32,000 nt of DNA from Massilicoli timonensis (GTDB lineage: Bacteria > Bacillota_I > Bacilli_A > Erysipelotrichales > Erysipelotrichaceae), in assembly GCF_900199515.1 (NCBI RefSeq), contig NZ_LT963434.1, positions 204,057-236,056 on the forward strand. The letters run 5' to 3'. Position numbers and translations under genes: made by a program. The first letter of the stretch is position 1. Each line of letters starts with the position of its first letter. The notes beneath the pieces were generated by a model, which had not been told where the DNA came from, ran no database searches, and saw nothing but the letters and a program-made list of their open reading frames with translations. Below are positions 1 to 6,588 of this stretch, piece by piece.

Positions 1-99
1 ATCGCCACCACGCAAATTTATACACATGTGCAGGATCAGCGGTTAAAAGCCGTTTATGATGCGGCGCATCCAAGAGCAAACAAGGAGGAAACAAAATGA
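1..99 (+). CDS. xerD: Tyrosine recombinase XerD-like, C-terminal fragment (gene begins upstream of the window)
   Basis: Frame 1 is open from base 1 and reads [32 protein letters not shown]. This contains the catalytic-Tyr box of Xer/integrase-family recombinases. The TGA stop at 97-99 overlaps the deoB ATG (ATGA). xerD(ripX)-deoB(drm) adjacency is known in Bacillus. Confidence 0.7.
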   Translation: MATTQIYTHVQDQRLKAVYDAAHPRANKEETK

Positions 100-1280
100 A
101 ACAGTATAAGCGAATCTTTACGATCGTCATCGACTCGATGGGCATCGGCGGCGCAATTGATGCGGCAGACTTTCACGATGAAGGAGCGGATACGCTGGGA
201 CACATCGATGAGGTGATGGAATCTTTTACGATCCCGAATCTGAAAAAGCTGGGACTTTCCAATCTGCATCCTTTGACCAAGGTGGCATATGAGCCTTCAC
301 CGATCGGCTATTATGCCCGCATGCAGGAAGCAGCCGTCAGCAAGGATACGATGAGCGGACACTGGGAAATGATGGGACTGCATATTACAACGCCGTTTCA
401 GACATTTACCGAAACCGGATTTCCGCAAGATCTGATCAAAGCGCTGGAGGAACGATGCGGACATAAAGTAATCGGCAACAAAGCGGCCAGCGGTACGGAA
501 ATATTGGATGAGCTTGCTGAAGAGGAGATCGCTACCGGTAATATGATCGTTTATACTTCGGCAGATTCGGTCTTACAGATCTGTGGAAATGAGGAAACAT
601 TTGGATTAGAAGAGCTATACCGCTGCTGTGAGATCGCTAGAGAGCTGACCATGCGTGATGAATGGAAGGTGGGCAGAGTCATCGCCCGTCCTTATATCGG
701 TAAGAAAAAAGGTGAATTTAAGCGTACTGCCAACCGTCATGACTATGCGTTGAAGCCTTATGATCGCACCGCTTTGGATTTTTTGCGTGATAAAGGCTAT
801 GATGTGATCAGCGTCGGTAAGATCAAAGATATTTTCGATGGGGAAGGGATCAGCGAAGCCTATAAGTCAAAAAGCAGTGTGCATGGCATGGAACAAACCA
901 TTGAACTGATGGATCAGGATTTCACCGGTCTTTGCTTTGTGAACCTGGTCGATTTTGACGCACTCTGGGGCCATCGCCGCAATCCGATCGGATATGGTAA
1001 GGAATTAGAGGCATTTGATGAAAAGCTGGGCGTTGTGCTCTCTAAATTAAAAGAGGATGATCTATTGATCATTACGGCTGATCACGGCACTGATCCAACC
1101 TATCGCGGAAGCGATCACACACGGGAAATGGTACCGTTTCTTGCATACAGTCCTTCCATGAAGGGAAGCGGCTTGCTTCCGCAGACGGATACTTTTGCGG
1201 TCATCGGCGCAACGATCTGTGATAATTTTGAATGCGAGATGCCAAAACTGGGGCATTCGCTGTTACCGCTGCTGCGCTAG
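96..1280 (+). CDS. deoB: Phosphopentomutase
   Basis: The 394-aa ORF has the typical DeoB N-terminus ([28 protein letters not shown]) and the C-terminal [10 protein letters not shown] metal-binding motif. A GGAGG sequence lies upstream. Confidence 0.95.
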   Translation: MKQYKRIFTIVIDSMGIGGAIDAADFHDEGADTLGHIDEVMESFTIPNLKKLGLSNLHPLTKVAYEPSPIGYYARMQEAAVSKDTMSGHWEMMGLHITTPFQTFTETGFPQDLIKALEERCGHKVIGNKAASGTEILDELAEEEIATGNMIVYTSADSVLQICGNEETFGLEELYRCCEIARELTMRDEWKVGRVIARPYIGKKKGEFKRTANRHDYALKPYDRTALDFLRDKGYDVISVGKIKDIFDGEGISEAYKSKSSVHGMEQTIELMDQDFTGLCFVNLVDFDALWGHRRNPIGYGKELEAFDEKLGVVLSKLKEDDLLIITADHGTDPTYRGSDHTREMVPFLAYSPSMKGSGLLPQTDTFAVIGATICDNFECEMPKLGHSLLPLLR

Positions 1281-1341
1281 TGAATTGACAAAGCGAACAG
1301 TGCGTACTAAAATAGCAAATAGAGTGTAATGGAGGGATAAT

Positions 1342-2172
1342 ATGAGTGATTGCAGTACATGTCCAAGCAAAGGAAGCTGCGGCAAAGATGAGGCAACCTG
1401 CGGCATCGTTTCTAACCCGCATAGTCATATCCGGCATGTGATCGGAATCATGAGCGGAAAGGGCGGTGTCGGAAAGTCTTCAATGACCGTCTTGCTTGCC
1501 AAACAGTTATGCAAAGCGGGTTATCGGGTCGGTATTATGGATGCCGACATGACCGGACCAAGCATTCCGCGTTTGATGGGACTGGCTCATGAGCATGCAT
1601 ATGGCAGCAATGATGCGATTGAACCGGTAGTGGATAAAGACGGCATTAAAGTGATGTCGCTGAACTTTCTTTTGGAAGATGAAAATCAGCCGGTCGTATG
1701 GCGTGGCCCGATCATCGCCAATGCGGTAAAGCAATTTTGGAGCGATGTGGTATGGGGCGATCTGGATTTTCTATTGATCGATATGCCGCCGGGAACCGGT
1801 GATGTCGCGCTTACTTTAATGCAGAGCTTGCCGATCAGCGGCATGGTAATGGTTTCAACACCACAGCCGATGGTGTCGATGATCGTATCAAAGGCGATCA
1901 ATATGTGCAAGGAAATGAAGATTCGTGTCTTAGGCGTCATTGAAAACATGAGTTATATCATCTGTCCGGACTGTCAAAAACGGATCGATCTATATCAGTC
2001 AAATGATATGGAAGCATTCTTAAAGCGCAATGATCTGCCATTATTTGCGGAACTGCCGATGATGGATCTGATTGCGAACATCCATAAGGACGATGATTAT
2101 ACAAGCGATGCGATTGCTTTATTAGATGAAGCGATGAAACCGGCTGTCGATGGCTTGTTGAAGGCTTTGTAA
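1342..2172 (+). CDS. Mrp/NBP35 (ApbC-type) iron-sulfur cluster carrier ATPase
   Basis: It has a deviant Walker A (SGKGGVGKSS), a Cys-rich N-terminus (CSTCPSKGSCGKDEATCG) and a CPDC motif (ICPDCQKRI) typical of the Mrp/NBP35 family. Confidence 0.9.
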   Translation: MSDCSTCPSKGSCGKDEATCGIVSNPHSHIRHVIGIMSGKGGVGKSSMTVLLAKQLCKAGYRVGIMDADMTGPSIPRLMGLAHEHAYGSNDAIEPVVDKDGIKVMSLNFLLEDENQPVVWRGPIIANAVKQFWSDVVWGDLDFLLIDMPPGTGDVALTLMQSLPISGMVMVSTPQPMVSMIVSKAINMCKEMKIRVLGVIENMSYIICPDCQKRIDLYQSNDMEAFLKRNDLPLFAELPMMDLIANIHKDDDYTSDAIALLDEAMKPAVDGLLKAL

Positions 2173-2198
2173 TCATATATCAGCATTGTAAGGAAGAG

Positions 2199-2233
2199 AA
2201 AGCAGGAAATCAAGAGCGGTTTTCTGCTTTTTT
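2199..2233 (+). terminator. Rho-independent terminator after the Mrp-like gene
   Basis: AAAGCAGGAAA (2199-2209) pairs with TTTTCTGCTTT (2220-2230) around a 10-nt loop, and the T-run continues to 2233. Confidence 0.7.
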
Positions 2234-2285
2234 CAAAGGTATTTGAAATCGTAAGAAATGGCATCCTATTAAAATGATAATTTAC

Positions 2286-2339
2286 ATTATTCCGATAAGC
2301 GGGAAATATTATTCCGATAGCGTTGATATTGTTCCGATA
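2286..2339 (+). repeat. Three direct repeats ATT(A/G)TTCCGATA upstream of the Fic gene (putative operator array)
   Basis: ATTATTCCGATA occurs at 2286-2297 and 2308-2319, and ATTGTTCCGATA at 2328-2339. The spacings are 22 and 20 nt, about two helical turns. Confidence 0.8.
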
Positions 2340-2351
2340 ATAGGGTATACT
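2323..2351 (+). promoter_or_regulatory. Sigma-A-type promoter of the Fic gene
   Basis: The -35 TTGATA (2323-2328) and -10 TATACT (2346-2351) are separated by a 17-nt spacer. The third direct repeat fills the spacer. An SD GAGG (2364-2367) and the ATG at 2377 follow. Confidence 0.6.
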
Positions 2352-2376
2352 ATTGTTGGGAGCGAGGTGTAGATTT

Positions 2377-3264
2377 ATGTACATGACAGTGAAGCAGGCT
2401 GCAGAGAAATGGGGTATTTCAGATAGAAGAGTAAGGATACTTTGTTCAGAAGGGAAGATTCCTGGCGTTACCCGTGAAGGACGTAGTTGGAAAATACCAG
2501 AAGATGCAAAGAAACCAGAGGATGGACGATATAAGACTGCAGAAAATTTATTGGAGAAGATTGACAGAAAGAAAACAGAATTAGACTCCAGGCGCCCGCT
2601 AACAGAAGGAGAGGTGGAACGTCTCACAGAGGAATTTGTCGTTGAATACACCTATAATTCTAATGCGATTGAGGGAAATACGCTGACTCTTCGGGAAACG
2701 GATATGGTGCTGCGCGGGTTGACGATTGACAAAAAGCCGCTGAAAGATCATATGGAAGCAGTGGGACATAAAGAAGCCTTTTACTTTGTGCAAGATTTAG
2801 TAAAGGAGCAGGTGCCTTTATCAGAAAGCGTAATCAAACAGATTCATTATCTAGTTCTTGCTGATAAAAAAGATGACCGTGGGGTTTACAGAAGAGTTCC
2901 GGTAAGAATCATGGGAGCGAAGCATGAACCTGTTCAGCCTTATCTCATCCAGCCAAAGATGGAACAGTTGCTGGATGATTATAGGAACAGCACAGAGCAT
3001 ATCATCCCCCGGCTTGCACGGTTTCATATTGAGTTTGAGGGCATCCACCCTTTTATCGATGGAAACGGTCGTACGGGACGCTTACTTGTGAATCTGGAAT
3101 TGATGAAGGCCGGGTATCCACCGATTGATATTAAATTTACAGATCGGATTGCCTATTACAATGCTTTTGATGAATATCATGTCAAACACAATTTAAGAGC
3201 AATGGAAAAACTATTTGCAGGGTATGTGAATGAAAGGCTGGACAGTTATTTGGCAATGTTGTAG
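2377..3264 (+). CDS. Fic family protein (AMPylase-type) with an N-terminal HTH DNA-binding domain
   Basis: The canonical Fic motif HPFIDGNGRTGR is present. An internal inhibitory-helix-type motif SNAIEG, matching (S/T)xxxE(G/N), lies upstream of the core. The N-terminus (MTVKQAAEKWGISDRRVRILCSEGKIPGV) looks like a MerR/excisionase-type HTH. I prefer the ATG at 2377 (SD 9 nt upstream) over the TTG at 2353 in the ORF track. Confidence 0.9.
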   Translation: MYMTVKQAAEKWGISDRRVRILCSEGKIPGVTREGRSWKIPEDAKKPEDGRYKTAENLLEKIDRKKTELDSRRPLTEGEVERLTEEFVVEYTYNSNAIEGNTLTLRETDMVLRGLTIDKKPLKDHMEAVGHKEAFYFVQDLVKEQVPLSESVIKQIHYLVLADKKDDRGVYRRVPVRIMGAKHEPVQPYLIQPKMEQLLDDYRNSTEHIIPRLARFHIEFEGIHPFIDGNGRTGRLLVNLELMKAGYPPIDIKFTDRIAYYNAFDEYHVKHNLRAMEKLFAGYVNERLDSYLAML

Positions 3265-3276
3265 AGGAGTGAGTAT

Positions 3277-3468
3277 ATGACTTACGAGACAATAAAGGTA
3301 GAAATTGATGAAGAAGTGTATCGTCAGGCAGAGCAGATTTTGGCAGCCAATCATCTGACAATGGAACAGGCGATACGTATGTTTTTGCAGCGGGTAGTTC
3401 AGAACCATGATGAGGCGAAGAAAGAATTGCAGCGTTGGAAAGATGAGGAAAACAGAGATGAGGATTAG
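3277..3468 (+). CDS. RelB/DinJ-family (ribbon-helix-helix) antitoxin-like protein
   Basis: This 63-aa protein (IKVEIDEEVYRQAEQILAANHLTMEQAIRMFLQRVV) matches the DinJ/RelB pattern of beta-strand, helix and helix. A GAGGAG SD lies 7 nt upstream, and the gene starts 12 nt after the Fic stop. Confidence 0.7.
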   Translation: MTYETIKVEIDEEVYRQAEQILAANHLTMEQAIRMFLQRVVQNHDEAKKELQRWKDEENRDED

Positions 3469-3668
3469 ATGAGACCCGCCGTAAAAAAATTCCGTGTGGA
3501 ATGCGTATCGTTGTCAGAAGTTTAAGAACAGAATATTTCAAGAAAAATATAGATAGCCATTGGCACACACTCTTACTGGCTTGCGTACCACAATTTGATA
3601 CAATGCACCCAAGCATGACGATGGGTGCAAATTTTAACGATAGCAATATTCATATCAGACCAAAGTAA
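3469..3668 (+). pseudogene. Possible decayed YafQ/RelE-type toxin gene downstream of the DinJ-like antitoxin
   Basis: An ATG directly abuts the antitoxin stop, but that frame ends after 18 codons. A second frame (3501-3668) contains RTEYFKKNIDS, which resembles the YafQ N-terminal xTxxFKKD motif. A third frame reads AIGTHSYW, which resembles the C-terminal RTGTHSDLF. No frame gives an intact toxin-sized ORF. Confidence 0.3.
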
Positions 3669-3709
3669 AAAGCACATTATTTCCGCCCGGTTGGAAACAA
3701 TGTGCTTTT
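3667..3709. terminator. Bidirectional hairpin terminator abutting the XRE gene stop
   Basis: A perfect 11-bp stem, AAAAGCACATT (3668-3678) with AATGTGCTTTT (3699-3709), carries A/T runs on both sides. It starts at the stop codon of the minus-strand XRE gene. Confidence 0.75.
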
Positions 3710-4014
3710 CAACTTCTCATGGTGTCAATCAGTGCAAGCAGCGCCTGTTTCTGCTCATCTTTTAAGGTACTCCATTTTGCAAACAGGACACGCTGTTCTT
3801 CCGTCAATTCGGGGCTGTTCCTTTCTGTAAAAAATTGCGCCAAAGTAATACCGAATGCTTTGCAGACCGCCTCTAAGGTCGGCAGCGTCGGAGCGTTATT
3901 TCGATTGAACATATTTGTGACTGTGGAATGGGAAAGATTGGATTCCTTTGCCAGCCGATAATCCGTCCAGTCTCGTTCTTCCATGAGTTGCTTTATGCGT
4001 CCTTGCGCATCCAT
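3709..4014 (-). CDS. XRE-family HTH transcriptional regulator (conjugative-transposon repressor type)
   Basis: The 101-aa protein has a classic HTH_3 segment (WTDYRLAKESNLSHSTVTNMFNRNNAPTLPTLEAVCKAFGITLAQFF). An AGGTGA SD lies upstream. Confidence 0.85.
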   Translation of the reverse strand: MDAQGRIKQLMEERDWTDYRLAKESNLSHSTVTNMFNRNNAPTLPTLEAVCKAFGITLAQFFTERNSPELTEEQRVLFAKWSTLKDEQKQALLALIDTMRS

Positions 4015-4057
4015 GCCATCACCTGCCTATCTGTATCTATTCTAATTCCCAAAAGGG

Positions 4058-4066
4058 TGCTATAAT
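4058..4066 (+). promoter_or_regulatory. Extended -10 promoter (TGcTATAAT) divergent from the XRE gene
   Basis: TGCTATAAT at 4058-4066 lies about 70 nt upstream of the ATG at 4138. CTATCT (4027-4032) and AGATAG (4079-4084) are inverted around it. Confidence 0.5.
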
Positions 4067-4137
4067 AGTCATAATCAGTAGATAGCATATTTCCCTTAAA
4101 GTGCATAGAATTAGTGTGGCAGGAAAAGGGGAAGGTT

Positions 4138-4410
4138 ATGTGGCAGGAGGTGCGAATGTTGGAAAAGGAAGAACACTTATTTGAAAGGCCGGCCCGTGAA
4201 AGGAATATTACGGTTGAAGAAATGCGGGCGATTATATCAGCCCGCATAGAAAAAGGATAGAATGATCCAGATTTGGAGAAAAGGGCTCAGTGGAGGAAGA
4301 TTCCCTGTGCCGGGGATATTCCTACACCGGACGAGTGGCTGCGGTATGTGGTAGAAAAACTTGAAGCGGATGGACGAGACAATCTGCTACGATGGTATCC
4401 GAATTTCTAA
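4138..4410 (+). pseudogene. Small conjugative-element-type ORF interrupted by an in-frame TAG
   Basis: ATG 4138 begins MWQEVRMLEKEEHLFERPARERNITVEEMRAIISARIEKG, followed by TAG at 4258-4260. The same frame then continues NDPDLEKRAQWRKIPCAGDIPTPDEWLRYVVEKLEADGRDNLLRWYPNF to TAA at 4408-4410. Both halves fall below the ORF-track size cut-off. Confidence 0.55.
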
Positions 4411-4442
4411 AAGTTATTTTGTTAGTGCAAGCTATCATGAAA

Positions 4443-4485
4443 GACACATGGGAAAGCGGTAAATCTTACTGCTTTCCCATGTGTC
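4443..4485. terminator. Strong hairpin between convergent transcription units (probable shared terminator)
   Basis: A perfect 15-bp stem, GACACATGGGAAAGC (4443-4457) with GCTTTCCCATGTGTC (4471-4485), encloses a 13-nt loop. The T-tracts are weak on both strands. Confidence 0.5.
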
Positions 4486-4640
4486 AAATATAATATTTAA
4501 TTTTTGTACTGGCTAGCCCCACGTAAATGATAGCTTACATACTCGTAGATGGAAAGCAGGATTTTTGAAAAAGTTATTTTTTCATCGGTGTTGTCGTAAA
4601 TACCATAGTTCAAGAAAACAAATTATGTAACTGTCTGCTT

Positions 4641-4973
4641 CTACTCTTTATTTAAGGATTTTTTATACGCTATTCCCCACTGCTCCATTGATGCAATAAT
4701 TGGGCGCATGGATTCTCCAAGCTCTGACAAGGAGTATTCTACTCTTGGGGGAACTTCTGGATATACGGTACGGGTAACGATTCCATCGGCTTCCATTGAA
4801 CGCAAACTATCTGTCAGTACCTTTTGGCTGATACCTTCCAGATTTTTTTGCAATTCGTTAAAACGCCACGGGCGGGCAAGCAGATTCCGAAGAATCAGCA
4901 ATTTCCACTTACTGCCTATAAGTTGTACTGTAGTTGCTACAGGACAAGCCGGTAATTCCGATTTCAACTTCAT
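4641..4973 (-). CDS. HxlR (MarR/DUF24) family transcriptional regulator with a single N-terminal Cys
   Basis: The 110-aa protein shows the HxlR signature CPVATTVQLIGSKWKLLILRNL...RFNELQKNLEGISQKVLTDSLRSMEADGIV.R..YPEVPPRVEYSLSELG. Its only Cys is Cys10. A perfect AGGAGG SD is present. Confidence 0.9.
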   Translation of the reverse strand: MKLKSELPACPVATTVQLIGSKWKLLILRNLLARPWRFNELQKNLEGISQKVLTDSLRSMEADGIVTRTVYPEVPPRVEYSLSELGESMRPIIASMEQWGIAYKKSLNKE

Positions 4974-5011
4974 CTTTTACCTCCTAAACATCACAATACA
5001 TTCTTTTTTTA

Positions 5012-5037
5012 TGCAACATTTAATTTCGAATGTTGCA
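5012..5037. promoter_or_regulatory. Perfect palindrome TGCAACATT-N8-AATGTTGCA (candidate HxlR operator)
   Basis: The 9-bp inverted-repeat arms lie at 5012-5020 and 5029-5037. They sit 39 nt upstream of the hxlR-like start, within the divergent intergenic region shared with the peptide operon. Confidence 0.55.
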
Positions 5038-5178
5038 CTCGAATTATAGCATAGAGACCGCAAAAAATCAATGTTTCCATAAGTACCGCAAAAAATTTAC
5101 ATTTGTACTTTGCTCCTGAAAACTGGAAATAGCATAAAAGTTACAAAAAGGTAAGTATCCTAATAAAAAAGTGCGTAC

Positions 5179-5206
5179 TTGTAGAGCGTAAAAAGATCGG
5201 TAAAAT
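5179..5206 (+). promoter_or_regulatory. Candidate promoter of the ACGX-peptide operon
   Basis: TTGTAG (5179-5184) and TAAAAT (5201-5206) are separated by 16 nt, and the element lies about 55 nt upstream of the ATG at 5262. The -35 is weak, so this call is by eye only. Confidence 0.3.
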
Positions 5207-5261
5207 AGAAAGTACAGAGGGCAAAACAAGTTCTCTGAATAAAAAAATGGAGGTCAAAATC

Positions 5262-5444
5262 ATGGCACTTTCAAATCTCTTTGGATGGAACAAGAAAATG
5301 GAGGCAGTCCCTGCTTCCGCTTGCGGTGCGTCCGATAAGCCGGCTGAGAAGCCTGCTGCTTGCGGTTCTGCCTGCGGAGCCGGTGATAAGCCTGCTGAAA
5401 CGCCTGCCGCTTGCGGTTCTGCCTGCGGCGCTGGCGATAAGTAA
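5262..5444 (+). CDS. ACGX-repeat Cys-rich precursor peptide (60 aa)
   Basis: The sequence is MALSNLFGWNKKMEAVPASACGASDKPAEKPAACGSACGAGDKPAETPAACGSACGAGDK. It carries five A-C-G-(A/S) motifs. A GGAGG SD (5249-5253) lies 8 nt before the ATG at 5262, so the ATG at 5247 in the ORF track actually overlaps the SD. The gene sits immediately upstream of a radical SAM/SPASM gene. Confidence 0.85.
   Translation: MALSNLFGWNKKMEAVPASACGASDKPAEKPAACGSACGAGDKPAETPAACGSACGAGDK
5334..5435 (+). repeat. Tandem 51-nt (17-codon) duplication inside the peptide gene
   Basis: The copies at 5334-5384 and 5385-5435 encode DKPAE(K/T)PAACGSACGAG. They differ at 7 of 51 positions. Six differences are synonymous third-base changes and one is K to T. 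Confidence 0.95.
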
Positions 5445-5468
5445 TCTGTTCCATTCGCATGAACCCCG

Positions 5469-5502
5469 TTCCCGGCGGGAGCAATCTCGCCGGGAATATT
5501 TT
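5469..5502 (+). terminator. Intrinsic terminator or attenuator between the peptide gene and the maturase gene
   Basis: A perfect 9-bp GC-rich stem, TTCCCGGCG (5469-5477) with CGCCGGGAA (5488-5496), has a 10-nt loop and is followed by TATTTT. Confidence 0.6.
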
Positions 5503-5550
5503 GAAATATTACTCGGTCAATCCGATTTTATATAAGAGAGGACAAACACG

Positions 5551-6588
5551 ATGAAGCAGTATTTTTCTTTTCAATGGCACATTACTGACGAGTGCGACCA
5601 GCGGTGTAAGCATTGTTATATTTTCTCCGAAGATAACTGCAAAAAGCTGGATGTAATGAACTGGAAGCAGATGGAGGACACATTTTATAACTGTCTGGAC
5701 TTTTGCAAGGTTTATGGACGGCTCCCTTATTTTTACATTACTGGCGGTGATCCAATCCTCCACCCGGATTTCTGGAAGCTGCTTGCTCTGATGAAAGAGC
5801 ATGAAATTCCCTTTACGATACTGGGAAATCCGTTTCATCTCAACGATGAAGTCTGTCAGCGATTAAAGGAATACGGATGTCAGAAATACCAGCTTTCTCT
5901 TGACGGTATGAGGGAAACCCATGACTGGTTTCGTAAACCCGGCAGCTTTGATATTACCCTTGAAAAAATTGGCTGTATCAACCGCGCCGGAATCCGTAGC
6001 GTGATTATGACAACGGTATCCGGTACGAATATTGATGAAGTTCCTGACATCATTGATACAGTGGTGGCTCATAAAGCAAATGTATTTGCCTTTGCCCGCT
6101 ACTGCCCCACCAGTGAGGAAAAGGATGTGGCGATTGAGCCGCTGCGTTACCGACAGCTTTTAGCCGATTGCGACAGGAAATTCAAAGAGTATGAAGCGGC
6201 AGGCTGCGAAACCTATTTCAACAAAAAAGATCATCTCTGGACACTGTATGAATACGAAACGGGCGTTTTCAAAATCCCTGAAACAGTGGAAGAAAATATG
6301 ATTTATGGCGGATGTAACTGCGGGAACTGCCATCTGACGATTCTTCCTACCGGTGATGTGTATGCCTGCCGACGGGTACAGAACAGCAAAGTTGGGAATG
6401 TGTTTGAGGATCGGCTGGCGGACGTATGGGTATGCCAGATGGAAAGTTACCGTGATTATCGTAAATTTGAGAAATGCTCAAAATGTGAGCTGTTAGCATG
6501 GTGCAGAGGCTGTCCGGCAGTTGCCAGCGGCAAGGATGGAAACTTTTATGCAGCCGATCCGCAGTGCTGGAAGGAGATAACAGAATGA
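5551..6588 (+). CDS. Radical SAM/SPASM-domain peptide maturase (ACGX-system type)
   Basis: The CX3CX2C motif CDQRCKHC starts at residue 15. C-terminal SPASM-type Cys clusters are present (GGCNCGNCHLTILPTGDVYACRR and CSKCELLAWCRGCPAVA). At 345 aa there is no room for an N-terminal RRE/PqqD domain. Confidence 0.9.
   Translation: MKQYFSFQWHITDECDQRCKHCYIFSEDNCKKLDVMNWKQMEDTFYNCLDFCKVYGRLPYFYITGGDPILHPDFWKLLALMKEHEIPFTILGNPFHLNDEVCQRLKEYGCQKYQLSLDGMRETHDWFRKPGSFDITLEKIGCINRAGIRSVIMTTVSGTNIDEVPDIIDTVVAHKANVFAFARYCPTSEEKDVAIEPLRYRQLLADCDRKFKEYEAAGCETYFNKKDHLWTLYEYETGVFKIPETVEENMIYGGCNCGNCHLTILPTGDVYACRRVQNSKVGNVFEDRLADVWVCQMESYRDYRKFEKCSKCELLAWCRGCPAVASGKDGNFYAADPQCWKEITE

Noticed and set aside
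1-99. The XerD-like fragment as the integrase of the accessory island
   Set aside because: It is separated from the island by deoB and the Mrp-like gene. It also sits in the conserved xerD-deoB housekeeping arrangement, so it is most likely the chromosomal dimer-resolution recombinase.
2097-3646. Minus-strand ORFs 2097-2651 (184 aa) and 3182-3646 (154 aa)
   Set aside because: They run antisense through the Mrp terminator, the Fic promoter, and the Fic and antitoxin genes. Their sequences are low-complexity and they have no ribosome-binding sites.
5334-5435. The tandem repeat as a possible CRISPR or other non-coding array
   Set aside because: There are only two copies and they abut directly with no spacer. 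They lie inside a coding frame, and the differences between them fall mainly at third codon positions.
5260-5535. ORFs 5260-5484 (minus strand) and 5281-5535 (plus strand) overlapping the peptide gene
   Set aside because: These are alternative-frame readings of the 51-nt tandem repeat, which produces repetitive RRQNRK and LLAVLPA strings. Only the ACGX frame has an SD and shows the mostly-synonymous differences between the two repeat copies.
5262-6588. Classifying the peptide/maturase pair as SCIFF or as a sactipeptide/bacteriocin locus
   Set aside because: The peptide lacks the SCIFF C-terminal six-Cys pattern. The maturase is about 100 aa shorter than SCIFF or sactisynthase enzymes and has no RRE. 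No protease, transporter or immunity genes are present.
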